A stretch of 64,000 nt of DNA, taken from the NCBI RefSeq assembly GCF_009914755.1, contig NC_060927.1. One strand, 5' to 3'. This DNA is from the human T2T-CHM13v2.0 reference genome, Homo sapiens. The notes beneath the pieces are model-generated. The model was not told the DNA's origin. It ran no database searches and worked only from the letters and a program-made list of their open reading frames with translations. Made by a program: the position numbers and the translations under genes. Shown here piece by piece: positions 30,200 to 43,015 of the stretch (the first letter of the stretch is position 1; every line of letters begins with the position of its first letter).

Positions 30200-30440
30200 C
30201 TGCTACCCTATCCCTGGTGCTTCAATTCTTCTGCTCCTCACCTGTTTTCTCCATAGCATTTATCATTGTTTATCTCAGTATATAATATACATCTTCACTA
30301 TGCTAATATCATGTCTCTCCACACAGGAATGTAACTTCAAGAGAATCTTAATTCTTTTTTTTTTTTAAGCTGCTAAGTCCACAGCACATAGAAAACTACC
30401 TTGCATAAACCAGTCATTAGTAAAAGATTTGTTGAACTCA
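30200..30440 (+). mobile_element. L2 3' end
   Basis: ttttctccatagcatttatca...gaatgtaacttcaagag...agcacatagaaaactaccttgcata...atttgttgaa. Confidence 0.6.
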
Positions 30441-30525
30441 TAATTAAATTTCATCAACTGCTTGATTTTATAGATGAGGAAGGTGAAGTCCTGAGAGATT
30501 AAGTTGTTCATGGTCAGAGTAATTT

Positions 30526-30699
30526 AATTTTTAATTTTAAATTTATTTTTTTTTTTTTAAGAGATTGATTCTCACTTTGTCACCCAGGCTGGAGTGCAGT
30601 AGTGCAATCATAGCTCACTGACACCTCGAATTCCTGAGTTCCTCCTTTCTTGGCCTCTCAAAGTGTTGGGATTACAGGTGTGAGCTCCCATGCCTGGCC
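30526..30699 (-). mobile_element. Monomer-length AluJ (right-arm/left-arm chimera or internal deletion)
   Basis: Right-arm end (caggctggagtgcagtagtgcaatcatagctcactg) joined to left-arm start (ggcctctcaaagtgttgggattacagg); TSD agagtaatt at 30516 and 30701. Confidence 0.85.
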
Positions 30700-31709
30700 T
30701 AGAGTAATTAAATGACATGAAATGTCATTAAGTTGAAAGTAAATAGGAGTCACAATGAGTGACACAATCATTGGGTCCTGTAGAGCATAGAGGAGAAAGA
30801 GATAAGAACTGGGTTCTGGTGGGAAAGTGTTGCAGGAGAGAGACCATAAACAACAGGTAGAAAGCCTGTAGTGAACAAAGACCCTGGGAGGAAAATTAAC
30901 AAGCCAAGTTAACTGGACATATTACATGACTAGCTACAGAGGAAAGATCATTATTGGAAATGAGGAAAGATCGTTATGGGAAATGATGAAAGATCAAACT
31001 TGGCAGAAATAATGCTGCCAGATTATAAGAGTTTTCTTTGATATAGAGAAGTTTCCATTCTTATAGGCAAAGTAAATTGGATATTTTCTGGCAGCACAAC
31101 AGTTAAATAATCAATGACATAAAGGCTAATCACCTTTCCACTTTAAGCAAAAGCATTACAGCTAGCAAGAATTAAACAGTGATTTTCCAGGGTTGATTTG
31201 TATGTACGTCTCTCATTTTCTAAGCTGGTCTCTGGTTTTAATGAATTTGATACGTCATTGCTCAGGGAATGATTGAATGGATCATACCTTCAACTGATGT
31301 TCAGTAATTCTAATAGACAGTTAAGGAAAATACTTTAGCTGAGTAAAATAGTGAAAGATAGAAAGAGGCAGACATCAGAAAAAAATAGGTCAAGGAAGAG
31401 ATGTGTATGGTTAACTTTTGGCATAAGAAACTAGTGAACTGAGAATCTGACTATTCAGATGTCTCCTTTCTGAGTTCAGTATACACAAATCGACTTCAGA
31501 TTTAGAGTAGTGCAAATTCTAGAGCTGGCATCATTTTTCAGTCATTCTGACTTAGATGCCACGCTGATTGACACTACGTGTTTTGACATAGGTAAAGAGG
31601 GCTCTCAAAGTAAAGCATGATGTATTTCCTCCAAAACAAAACAAATAAAAGTTCTATTTATTTTTCATCATAGTGTTTATATACAGTCTCTTTTTATAAC
31701 TATTGGATT

Positions 31710-31860
31710 TGTGAAAGGTTATTATCCTCATTTATAGATAGGAAAACTGAAGCTCAGAGGGGTTAAGTGACTGTTCAAGGTCACACAGTGACTATACAAA
31801 CCAAGATTTTGGCTTAGATTCCTTGGCTTTAATATTTCTGTTGTTTCCATTATATTATGC
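31710..31860 (-). mobile_element. MIR
   Basis: ggaaaactgaagctcagaggggttaagtgactgttcaaggtcacacag. Confidence 0.8.
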
Positions 31861-32264
31861 TCCAAAATCCCAAATCAGTTTTCTTTCTCTGCTTGTCTCT
31901 GTGAAAAAATAGGGAATATACTTCCTCATTTGCTACACAGTCAGTCATCCGGTGGTTGAGACTAGGTATTTAGGGTATTATGGACTAATAGTAACTGAAA
32001 CTACTGCTTTTTCTACTAGTATTTGTGAGACATTTCCTGATGCCATTGTGAAGTGGAAGAAGGATAAGATATGTCATTCTTCCTGCTGGCTCATGTCTCT
32101 CTCCTTTATTCACTAAAATGTTAATATTATTATAACTACCACTAAATTAATACATGTTGCTCAAACAAGATGCCATTAGTTCTAAAAGAAGGAAGATAAA
32201 GATCTTCCTCCTTCACACTCTGACTCCCCTTTCCATTTCCAAAATGAAATCCCTGCTATCAAGT

Positions 32265-32298
32265 TGTGTGTATGTGTGTGTGTGTGTGTGTGTGTGTA
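32265..32298. repeat. (TG)n microsatellite
   Basis: About 16 TG units with one interruption. Confidence 0.95.
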
Positions 32299-32513
32299 TT
32301 TTCTTACAGTATATTTTATACAGATAAAAGCATGGTTATGTAATTTACATCCTAATGTATTTTGAAAAGCTTTTAATACTTGCATATATAGAAATTCTTC
32401 ACTTAATTGCAAAAACGTAACAAATTTAACCAGTTCCTATTATATAGGAACTGGTTATATAGACCTGAAACGTCTAGGTTGTTTCAGTATTCTTTCTATT
32501 AAAAAGTTGTGCA

Positions 32514-32723
32514 GTGAAACCCCATCTCTGCTAAAAATACCAAAAAATTAGCCAGATGTGGGGGTGCACACCTGTGGTCTCATCTACTCAGGGGACTTAG
32601 GTTGGAGTATCACTTGAGACCGGGAGGCAGAGGTTGCAGTGAGCCAAGATCCAGCCACTGCATACCAGCCTTGGCGACAAGAGTGAGACCTTGTCTCAAA
32701 AATAAATAAATAAATAAATAAAA
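32514..32723 (+). mobile_element. 5'-truncated Alu (Jb/S type) with (AAAT)n tail
   Basis: Starts at gtgaaaccccatctctgctaaaaatac; complete right arm. Confidence 0.9.
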
Positions 32724-35028
32724 GGCAACTTGCTGCATATATTTGTACATATGCACAAGGACTCTATGGGAGAAAAATCTTAGAAGGGAACTGATGGCTC
32801 AAAAAGTATGTAGATAATAATTTGCTAGATATTGCCATTTTTGTCTTCAAAATTATGCACCAATTTATATTCCCATTACAGAAATCTGTTAGTATGCACT
32901 CCCTTATGCCCTCATCAATTCTAAAGGCGATGAAACATTTTATTCTTGCCAATCGTAGTACTATCTAATTGTTGTTTTAATTTGCATTTCTTTGATTATG
33001 TTAGGGTGACCAAGTATTCATTTACACTTCTTTTCCTGTCTGATCTCTGTTCATGCCTTTTAGCTATTTGTTGTCCTTATAAATTTTTTTAAGTTGTAAG
33101 AGCCCCTTGTATGGTATAGAAATTAGCCTTATTTTCTCTAAATACCATTTCCTAGCTTATCATTTTTTATCTTTTGACATTTTTGGCTATACAGATATTT
33201 AATATTTTATGTACCAAACATATTCTTTTTTCATTTATCATGACTTTCATATTCTTTCTCTCCTTAGATAGTACTTCATCAGCTCAAAATTTGAAAAAAA
33301 AAAGTTATGTTTTTAAATTCTTCTTGCTGTTTAAGGGTTCATTTAACAGTAAAACCTTTGACTCATCTGGAATTAATTATGACATAAGGAGTGAGGTATG
33401 AGTCCAATATATTTTTTCCAATTGCTTGCCACAACATTTACTGAATCTGGTTTGCTCCTCCCCTTTGAGATATAAATTCTCATATAATGGTTAGTCTATT
33501 TATAACCTCTCTATTCTCTCCCATTATTCTGCCTGCCTATTGGTATGTCAATATCAAACTATATATTTAATACTTGGATTTAAAAATATTTCTTACTATC
33601 TGAAAGATTCCCCACCCTCCCAAATTATTTTGGAAATTTTCAGGGTATTTTAATGTCACTGTTTCTAGAAAGACTTTAGTTCATATTATTTTTTAAAGTT
33701 TTCCCAAAGCCTTATTCATCTTTTGAGATTGCAATTATACATTTTTGGGGCATACTGTTATTTTTATAAAATTGAATCTTCCTATTCTCAAATAGGGTAT
33801 GCATTTTCGTTCATCCATGACATTTTTATTCCTCAGTAGAGGTGTAACATTTTCTTTTTATTGGATCTACACATTGCTTATGAAGCTTGCTCTAAGATAT
33901 CGTATCTTTCTGACCGTTTTAGTGAATTGAATTTTTCTTCCACTAACTTTCCATTTGTTTCTAATTACTGTGTATCTTAATACCATAACCAGTCACCTTT
34001 TAAGATTTATTACTTCTACTAGTTTTTAGCTGACTTATATGTGACTAGACATGTATAATGTACAAATATAACAGTATTTCTTTTTCAATTATTTTTATTA
34101 TTTCATTTTCTTATAGGAATAAGCTTGAATCAATTGTTATATGTTTTATTTTTTATAAAACTTCATTATCTACAACATCCAAAATAATGCTTAATAAGGG
34201 TAATAATGGTACTGCTTCCTTTTCAGAACAGTAATGGAATGACTTTAGTGTTTCACCATAGCCCTGGTTTTGAGTTTAAAAAATGTATTCACGTCAGGTA
34301 AGTTTGCACCCTTTCAACTTGGGCAAAGGTGTTTTAAATTGCATTTAAGTTTGAAATGAAGGTTAAGTTTATTTTCCAAGTGCTTTGAACTTCAATCAAG
34401 ATGAATATATTTTCCCTTGTTAACTTATTCATGAGCTGAAATACTTTAATAGTTTTTTATTATTGAGCCATCCTTGCATTTCTGAAATAGGCCTCACTTG
34501 GTCATAGTGTAACATTATACTCATTTCTGCTTGAATTCATTTTGGTGACATTTTCTTTACGCTAGTTGTATCAATATTCACATGATGAGATGCCTTTTAT
34601 TTCTTTCTTGCATAATTGTTTTCAATTTTCTTAAAAGAGAATTTATTGTTCTTTTTTATTGTATTAGAGGCATTTTCCATGAATATTTCAAAGAAAGCAC
34701 CTAAAAGCATTTCTGATCCTGCCTCTATCTTGATAGTTGGCTATTTGATAATTTTCTCAGTGTCTCTCTTGATTATATATTACATATGTAATTATTTCAA
34801 TTTAGATAATTTAGATAATTTTTAGTTTCCTTAAAAATATTCATTTCACTCATGTTTTCAAAGTATGTTGAGAAAAGTTTAAGAGTATTCATTTATTATA
34901 TTTAAAATTTCTTTTATTCTCAGGGGTGATTTGATCTGTTATTATTTCTAATTTAGGTCATTTTGCCTTCTCCTTTCTTCACTATGCTGATTCTTTTTCT
35001 TCCTCTTTTTTTTAGAATCAGCACTTGA

Positions 35029-35490
<462 letters not shown>

Positions 35491-35630
35491 TAATGTACAT
35501 CACAAAAAGTGTTAATATAGTCACTATTTTCTAGGTATTTTGTACTTTTGTTTTAGACATAAGTATTGTTAAAAATATAGATTTAACTTATTTTGTTGAA
35601 GTTTTACGTTATTAGGTACATTACTCTTTC

Positions 35631-35935
35631 TTTTTTTTTGAGACAGGGTCTCACTGTCACCTAAGCTGTAGTACAGCAACACAATCAGGGCTTACTGCAA
35701 TCTCTGCTTCCTAGGTTCAAGCGATTGTGCTGCCTCAGCCTCCCAAGTAGCTGGAACTAGTAGCAGGTGTCACCACTCCTGGCTAATGATTTTGTTTTGT
35801 ATTTTTAATGGAGACAGGGTTTCACCATGTTGGCCAGGCTAGTTTCCAACTCCTGACCTCAAGAGATATCCACCCCTGGCCCCCTCTGGCTTCCCGAAGT
35901 GCTGCGATTACAGGTGTGAGCCACCGTGCGTGGCC
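35631..35935 (-). mobile_element. Diverged Alu (Jb/Sz type)
   Basis: Full dimer; TSD acattactctttc/acattactttttc at 35618 and 35936. Confidence 0.9.
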
Positions 35936-35979
35936 ACATTACTTTTTCTTTTTGTCAATGGTTTATACCGTAATTACAG

Positions 35980-35984
<5 letters not shown>

Positions 35985-36020
<36 letters not shown>
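35985..36020. repeat. Pure poly(A)36
   Basis: Uninterrupted A run. Confidence 0.95.
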
Positions 36021-36023
<3 letters not shown>

Positions 36024-36041
36024 TGTATTTTTTCTTTTTTT

Positions 36042-36152
36042 AAACAGAAGTTAAAGTGGCTTTATTCACATACACACGATTCATAGGAAACTACAAAGAA
36101 GCTACCAGACATCAAAAGTGAATTTACCAAGGTCTCAGTAACAAGTCAATAT
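36042..36152 (+). mobile_element. Short old-L1 ORF2 fragment, opposite to the host L1 (candidate transduced segment)
   Basis: agaagttaaagtggctttattcacat...gaagctaccagac...aagtgaatttaccaaggtctcag...acaagtcaatat resembles a diverged L1 RT region. Confidence 0.6.
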
Positions 36153-36159
36153 GTATTTT

Positions 36160-36388
36160 TTTCTTAATTATACTTTAAGTTCTGGGATACATGTGCAGAA
36201 CGTGCAGGTTTGTTACATAGGTATACACGTGTCATGGTGGTTTGCTGCACCCATCAACCCATCATCTACATTAGGTATTTCTCCTAATGCTATCCCTCCC
36301 CTTACCTCCCCACCCCCCAACAGGCCCCAGTGTGTGATGTTCCCCTCCCTGGGTCCATGTGTTCTCATTGTTCAACTCCCACTTATGA
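36160..36388 (-). mobile_element. L1PA7-like 3' UTR end, heavily 5'-truncated
   Basis: ttatactttaagttctgggatacatgtgcagaacgtgcaggtttgttacataggtatacac...caactcccacttatgag. Confidence 0.93.
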
Positions 36389-37881
36389 GTATTTTTTCTT
36401 TTGTTCAAATTTATTGAGGTTTATCTTGGAAGGTAATATATGCTCTATTTTTGTAAACATTCTATAATTGTTTAAAGATAAATTCTTTTCTCTGTTTTCA
36501 GGGACTAAAGTTTGATATATACTTAAGAGATCAAATGTATTAGCCATATTATTCAAATTATCTAGGGCCTTATCAGCAACTTAATGATTTATTGAAAGTC
36601 AATTCTACAAAACTGAATTAAAACCACAACTGGGGAGAGGAAATTTAAAAGTAAAAAGGCCATAGCAGTTAGTGCTAAATTAAAAAAACTTAAATATGCT
36701 TTCAAATTATGTGTCTTCTGAATTATGAGCTGTCTAAAGACCTGTAGTGTATAAGCATGTCTCAAAGATCTTAGTGGTACATCTTGAATTAGCATGTTGC
36801 TCAGGTTCCTGGATGTTTTGTCAAGGACAAACCCAGAAAGAGTCATGTCAGGAAAAATCTACAAGTTGGTAATCAATGTCTCTCAGTGCAAAGAAGAAAG
36901 AACCAGGACAGCCACTTCTCCTAAAGACCTTGATGCTTTCTGCTAGATGCAGGGCTTACTAAGCATGGCCCATTCTGTCCCAGTTTTCCTGGGGACAATC
37001 TAATCATTATGATTCCATCAAATAATCTATTACTCTAAACTTCTAAAGCATGACCTTGCTCTGAAATCCCCATGAAGTAAAAAGTCATTAAACATAAACT
37101 TAAAACTTTCCCTCTAATATTTTATTTTTTAATTTTTATGTGCTAGAATACAGTTAACATGGATAAAAATAGGTCATATAAGTGAGTTTTCACACAGAGC
37201 TTCGTTAAAGTATCATAACAGAAAAACACTCTCTAGATGTATGGATGGAAACCTGGTGATTATACAGGTAGCTCATTTCCACCAATGAGAGAGTTCAACT
37301 TTCTCTCTGGGCCTTTTTGTGTGTATGTGTGTCTCAAATATTTTCAGAAACTGACAGCATGCTCTCTCTTTGATACAAGATTGCAAAGTGGAGCTGAGAT
37401 ATATGACATGGATTCAGAAATGACAGATGTCTAGGAGTGAACCAAACATCAAGAAGGATAAAGCACCATTTCTTTTTACTGTTAAAAAAAAAAAAAGACA
37501 TTTTCTCCTGTAATGAAGGCTCAATTCTAGGTACTTTGTTGTAATACCATTATTAATACTATTTATTAATACTGTTATGACCAGAAGGAATGCCTACAAC
37601 TTTGATTACTCATGCCTTCAAAACATGATGGAAACAAACTAGAAACACTGTTTTCAGCACAGCTGTCTTTCCACATCTCACCTCTGCTACCTATTGAGTA
37701 AGACTTGTGTGTTGGCTCTGCTAGAACATGGAATATCATAAACTGGAAGTTCTGGAATGCTGCTGAGGGCAGTGTTTCTCAACATGCAGTTCTCAACCAC
37801 CTATATCTGAGGCATCTGGGTACCACATTTCTGCTGAATCAGAATTTATGGAGCAATTGGCTCAGTGTATATATACAGCAC

Positions 37882-37960
37882 ATGGTTGGTGCCAATGTAA
37901 TTGTAGTTTCTGCCATGTCCTTCAATGGCAAAACCCGCAATTACTTTGGCATCAAACTAA
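37882..37960. mobile_element. MADE1 (Hsmar1-derived ~80-bp palindromic MITE)
   Basis: ggttggtgccaatgtaattgtagtttctgccat...atggcaaaacccgcaattactttggcatcaaactaa: two facing mariner TIRs. Confidence 0.93.
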
Positions 37961-37992
37961 TATATATACACATATATGTATGTATACTACAT

Positions 37993-38016
37993 CACACACA
38001 CACACACACACACACA
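37993..38016. repeat. (CA)n microsatellite at an Alu tail
   Basis: About 12 CA units preceded by TA-rich low-complexity sequence. Confidence 0.9.
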
Positions 38017-38017
38017 A

Positions 38018-38340
<323 letters not shown>

Positions 38341-39312
38341 TGATTCTTAGGCATATGGAAATTCCATAGCCTTTGGAGATTGTGTTGTCAAGCATCCTCT
38401 GAGTTATATGCAGTGACACCGTTACATAGAGTTAACTAATTTGTTTTAAGGCAAGTACTAGAATGACCTCATGCCTTAGTAACTATGCTTACATGATGGT
38501 AACTGGTAGCCAAAAACCTATAATTCATTAACTGCATGTCAGGGAATTGTGCTCCATGGAAAAACTATCACTAAATCTCGTGTGCTTGGTAGGGCCTCTT
38601 AAAGCAAGGTTTTAACAAGGCTCTAGTTATTCCTGGTTCTATTCTGGGCAGTTGAAATGCAAAAATTCCAAAATGCCTGTCTTTCTGAATCATATATTCT
38701 ATCTTGTGTTGCACTTGAAATTATTACCCCTTCTAAAATTACATGTAAAATATTATGTCTATGCACTTCTTACAAGGGCTACTAATTGTCCAAAGATAGA
38801 TTAAAAATGGAATCAATTGCTCCTCGAAATGCATGGAGTCATTTCTGCCCCTCTGTAATGTATTTGGGATATAGAAGCTCAGAGTTCTCTGGCCTGGCTT
38901 TCATCTAGGAAGGCATCAGTGAGCATTTCTGCGTTCTCTGCTCTAATTCAGCTAAAGGTTGAGCTCTTCTCACTACTAAGCTTAGCTGCCTCTCCTAACT
39001 AGGATTCAGGAGAATTAATGCAAGTGTTTTAACACAAGAGGATTTATTCGCAGAAAAATACTAGAGACATATCTTCTTATCTTATACTCACTACAACTGA
39101 GAAGAGCCTCTGAATCTGGAATAATAGTGAACTGCACACACTTCTCCAGAACACAGTTGAGTGGAGTGCCATGCGCTGGGGCTGGTAATGAGGGAGAACA
39201 AGGCAGGCCGGCACAGCTGGATATCCACACGATCCTTGCCTTCTCATGTCTTATTTGTCCTCTGCAGCGGCTCAGCGCTGGAGGCTGAAGAAAGCCTGAT
39301 ACTGAAGGTTGC

Positions 39313-39759
39313 TGTAGTAAGTTGCATAATGGACACCCAAAGATATCAGGTTCTAATCCTGGAATTTGTGAACTATTTTATTTGAAAGAAAGGGTCTTTG
39401 AAGATGTGATTAAGATTTCTGAGATGAGACTACCCTGGATTATCTTGATGGGCCCTAATGCCATCACAAGCATCTTTATAAGAGAGAGGCGAAGGGAAAC
39501 GACACAGAAAATGGAGGAGAAGGTAAAGTGAAGATGGAGGCAGAGGTTGAAGGGATGTGAACACAAGCCCAGGAATGCTGGAGTCACCACCAGAAGCTGG
39601 AGCAGGTAAGGAGAAATTCTGCCTTAGACCCCATGGAGGCAGTACAGCTCTGCAGGAATGTGGACTTCTGGCCTCCAGAACTGTGAGAGAATAAATTTCT
39701 GTGTTTTAAGCTGCCAAATTTGTGGTAATTTGTTACAACAGCCTCGGGGAACTAACATA
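39313..39759 (+). mobile_element. MLT1C/D MaLR solo LTR
   Basis: gggtctttgaagatgtgattaag...ccctggattat...ttctggcctccagaactgtgagagaataaatttctg; perfect 5-bp TSD gttgc at 39308-39312 and 39760-39764. Confidence 0.92.
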
Positions 39760-40237
39760 GTTGCCCTGCCATGCAACAGATGCCTACTACTATGTGCGAG
39801 TTCTCTATGCAGTTTGGCTGCCTCTCAATTTTCCTTTACTTGTTCGTGTATCTTTCCAAGATGGCTTTATCACCCCAGTAGCTATACTTCTCTGTTCCTT
39901 GGAACATGAAAGAAACTAACATACTCTATCTATAAGCTTCTGTTTTCTACTCTTCAGCACCTTCTTAGATTACCTCCTTCATCATCTGGCCAGTGTGTGC
40001 TTAATGCAAACAAAGTTTACAAAAAAAGTATGTAATATTTCATCAAAATTAATAAGATTTAATAAAGCAGGAATAAAACATTAAAAAAAAACAAATAGTG
40101 GGAGTTAAAAAAATTGTTTGGGTTTATGTGTGCCACTATTTCCTATCCTCCCCCGCAAAAATTATTGTACCTAAACATTATGGCATAAAATGGAAGATTA
40201 ATGTTTTGACAGACTTACCAGAATTTGCTTATATATC

Positions 40238-40732
40238 TGTGACAGATTAGATATGGCCACAATTTATTTGTAGTTTCTCCCATCAAGAGGTGGGAGAAAC
40301 CCACTTCTTCTTCTTTTGACTTTGGGTTGGCCTGTGCTTTGCTTTGAACAAAAGAATATGCCAAAGTGAAAGCATATGAGTTCCATAGTTTAAGCCTCAA
40401 GAGACCTTACAGATTCTTCCTCGCCCTCTTACAACACTGCCCTGAGAACAGCATGCAAGGAAGCTAGTCTAAGCTGTTGGAGAATGAGAGTTCCTATTGA
40501 AAAGAACAGAGCATCCTTCCTTCAGGACCAACTGCTAGATGTGTGAATGAGTCTAATCGTCTATCTTCTAGTCCAGAGGACTTTCCCCTTAAAAAAACCA
40601 TGTAAGTGAGCCTGGGTAAATCCAGCAAAAGAAAAAAATCCCCCCAAAAAACCATCTGATCATCTCAGAACTATGAGAATAAGCGACTTAATCCTAGGAT
40701 GGTTTGTCATGCAGCAAAAGATAACTGATACA
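40238..40732 (+). mobile_element. MLT1F/G/H-type MaLR solo LTR
   Basis: atggccacaattt...ctcccatcaagaggtgg...gcctcaagagacct...ggtttgtcatgcagcaaaagataactgataca. Confidence 0.82.
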
Positions 40733-40813
40733 ACCTCTGAGGAGGAATGTATTCCTTCACAGAAGCTTTCCTGTGGGAATGGCCTTCACATTCTATTGAG
40801 AAGTCACACCCAC

Positions 40814-41233
40814 TGCATAGCCTGAATTCCCTCCCTTGCCTTTGTAATTCACATGTTGAAGTTCCAGCCCCAGTACTTCAGCATGTGACTGTATTGGGAG
40901 GGTCCTCAATGCAGTAATTAAGTTAAAATGAAGTCCTTGGGGTGAGCCCTAATGCGATGTGACTGGTGTTCTTATAAGTTAGAAGAATTTGAACACTGAC
41001 ATGTGCGGAGGGAGGGAAGACAATGTGAACGTAAAGGGAAAAGATGGCCGTATGGCCATCTATAAGCCAAGGAGAGATGCCTGGAACACATCCTTCCTTC
41101 ACAGCCCTCAGAAGGCTCTACTGACACCTTAATTTCAGACTTAATTTCCCTCCCAAAGTGCTGGGATTACAGGTGTGAGCCACTGTGCCCAGCCAGTCTG
41201 TGGTTTTTATAGCGGCTCTAGCCTATGAATATA
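40814..41233 (+). mobile_element. MLT1B-like MaLR solo LTR with an internal deletion and Alu remnant
   Basis: aattcacatgttgaagt...gtaattaagttaaaatgaagtc...gactggtgttcttataag...ccatctataagccaaggagag...cacagccctcagaagg. Confidence 0.88.
41149..41194 (-). mobile_element. Alu remnant (5'-most ~46 nt)
   Basis: cctcccaaagtgctgggattacaggtgtgagccactgtgcccagcc. Confidence 0.9.
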
Positions 41234-41299
41234 GCCAGCTGTCCCCCTACTGGGATGCACACATATACAACCTTAGTGGCTCCTTTTAAAAGTTTAAAA

Positions 41300-41570
41300 A
41301 TATTAAAGTAAAAATGATTTTGCTGAACTTGAACATCCATCTTTTTAATAGACGTGGCTTACTCTTAAAGAATACAGATTTGCTTCACTTAGGACAATCA
41401 AAATAACATGCAAGAGATTCTAGAAGCAATTTTGAAGAAAAAAGCTCCCTAAATATTTTGAACAATGACAACATAATTAGAAAATATATCACTTCCTTTG
41501 TTTAGTACATTGAAGAGAAAAATCCAATTTTTTTCTAACAAAAATCGTTGCTCTTTTATAGTCACATTTT
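41300..41570 (+). mobile_element. MARNA-like mariner relic
   Basis: agatttgcttcacttaggacaatcaaaataacatgc...gaagcaatt...aatattttgaacaatgacaacataattagaa...ttttatagtcaca resembles the MARNA 3' half. Confidence 0.6.
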
Positions 41571-43013
41571 GAATGCATTTCATCTTGTTTCTCATCTGTA
41601 TGGCACATATTTTTGGGATAGCTCTAGTCTATGTAAACGTCTACATTAACCAGAGAAATGCTTGTGGAGTTAAACAGATGCTCTGCGATAACAATGACTC
41701 AGATACATTTCATGAGTTCTGCTTAATCTAAAACAGTTCCGCCTTCCTAAACATATGCCTCCACCCCTCTTCCACCCTGAGCATTATTAAGTAAGTAGGA
41801 AAAACGTTAATAGCAAGGAAGATAATGAAAAAACCCAAAAAGAATTTTATTATCTGAATTGATGAGAAAAGAAAGGGTGCCAGTTAGACAAAAACCTTAA
41901 TAAAGGAAGGATTAATTCCTGCATTCTCAGGTGGTTTCCAACTCATTGCTTCCCTTGCTGCCTCTCACAAGATATGTAAGTAAATGAAAGAGTTACAGCT
42001 ACAGATTTAATAACAGCTGTTTGTGAAAACATGGATATACAATTCCCTATGAATTTTTCCCCCAATTAAATCTCAGGGAAATTGCTCTTCCATTTTAATA
42101 TGAACCTACAGTGATGACAGTTATTATATTAAAGATTTATGTCAGAGAAACCAAAAATATAATTCTTATCCTCTAGTTTTGCAGCTGGTAGAGTACTAGT
42201 TAATACAACTTAGTTTATACTCCCTTTTTGTTGAATGTGTTTGGGTTATCTGTAAGAATCAGTGCTACTCCTTTCTAAGACAATGGCCTACAAGGCTTAA
42301 AGAATATTAGCACTGGGAAGAATTCTAATAGCAATTTTTTGGCCTACTCAGCCAAACACAAATCAACAAGACTTTGTCTAAGTTAGGAGTGTCTTTCTCT
42401 AAATGCCCAGGTTAATATCTAATTGTCTCTACATGGTAGAAAATGGCAAGGTTGTCATGACAACTGGGTGGAAAGTTTAGTTAGAATAATGTTTTCTTTT
42501 AAAAGAATGAAGCAATTTCAAGCTCTTTAGCGCTATCTGGAATTATAAAAATTGCTTTATACCCCAATTTTTAGATTGCAGGAGGTGATTGATCTTTTTT
42601 TAAAACTGGTTTACAGATTTCCTTAACACCGTTTGTGAATCAGTGTTTTTGTTTTTTTCTTTTCTTTTCACCTTTTTTTTTGGTATAGGAATTCTACACT
42701 CTTGAATGAAGCAAATGGTCCTCTTGTTCATTAGTTCACTGGACCTTTAGCACCTGAATAAAATGAATACTTAGCTACAATTCATTTGATTGGTATATTG
42801 TAAAACTATCTCAGAAATAAATCTCTGATTACTAAATGAAGAGAAACAGTACTTTTGCTTTTCTACTTTGCAAGATAGAAAATGAGATATGTATCTTGAA
42901 ATTTCCAAATGGATGCTCACTAGCAAGACAGAATAGCTTTGATCTTCAGAAAGGAACACACGATTCTCTTTCATTTGAATTTTTTTCTCTCTATTTTCAG
43001 TAAAATTTTCCGT

Positions 43014-43015
<2 letters not shown>

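Noticed and set aside
40273-40300. 10-bp hairpin gtttctccca/tgggagaaac
   Set aside because: Lies in an MLT1 segment that is already partly self-complementary
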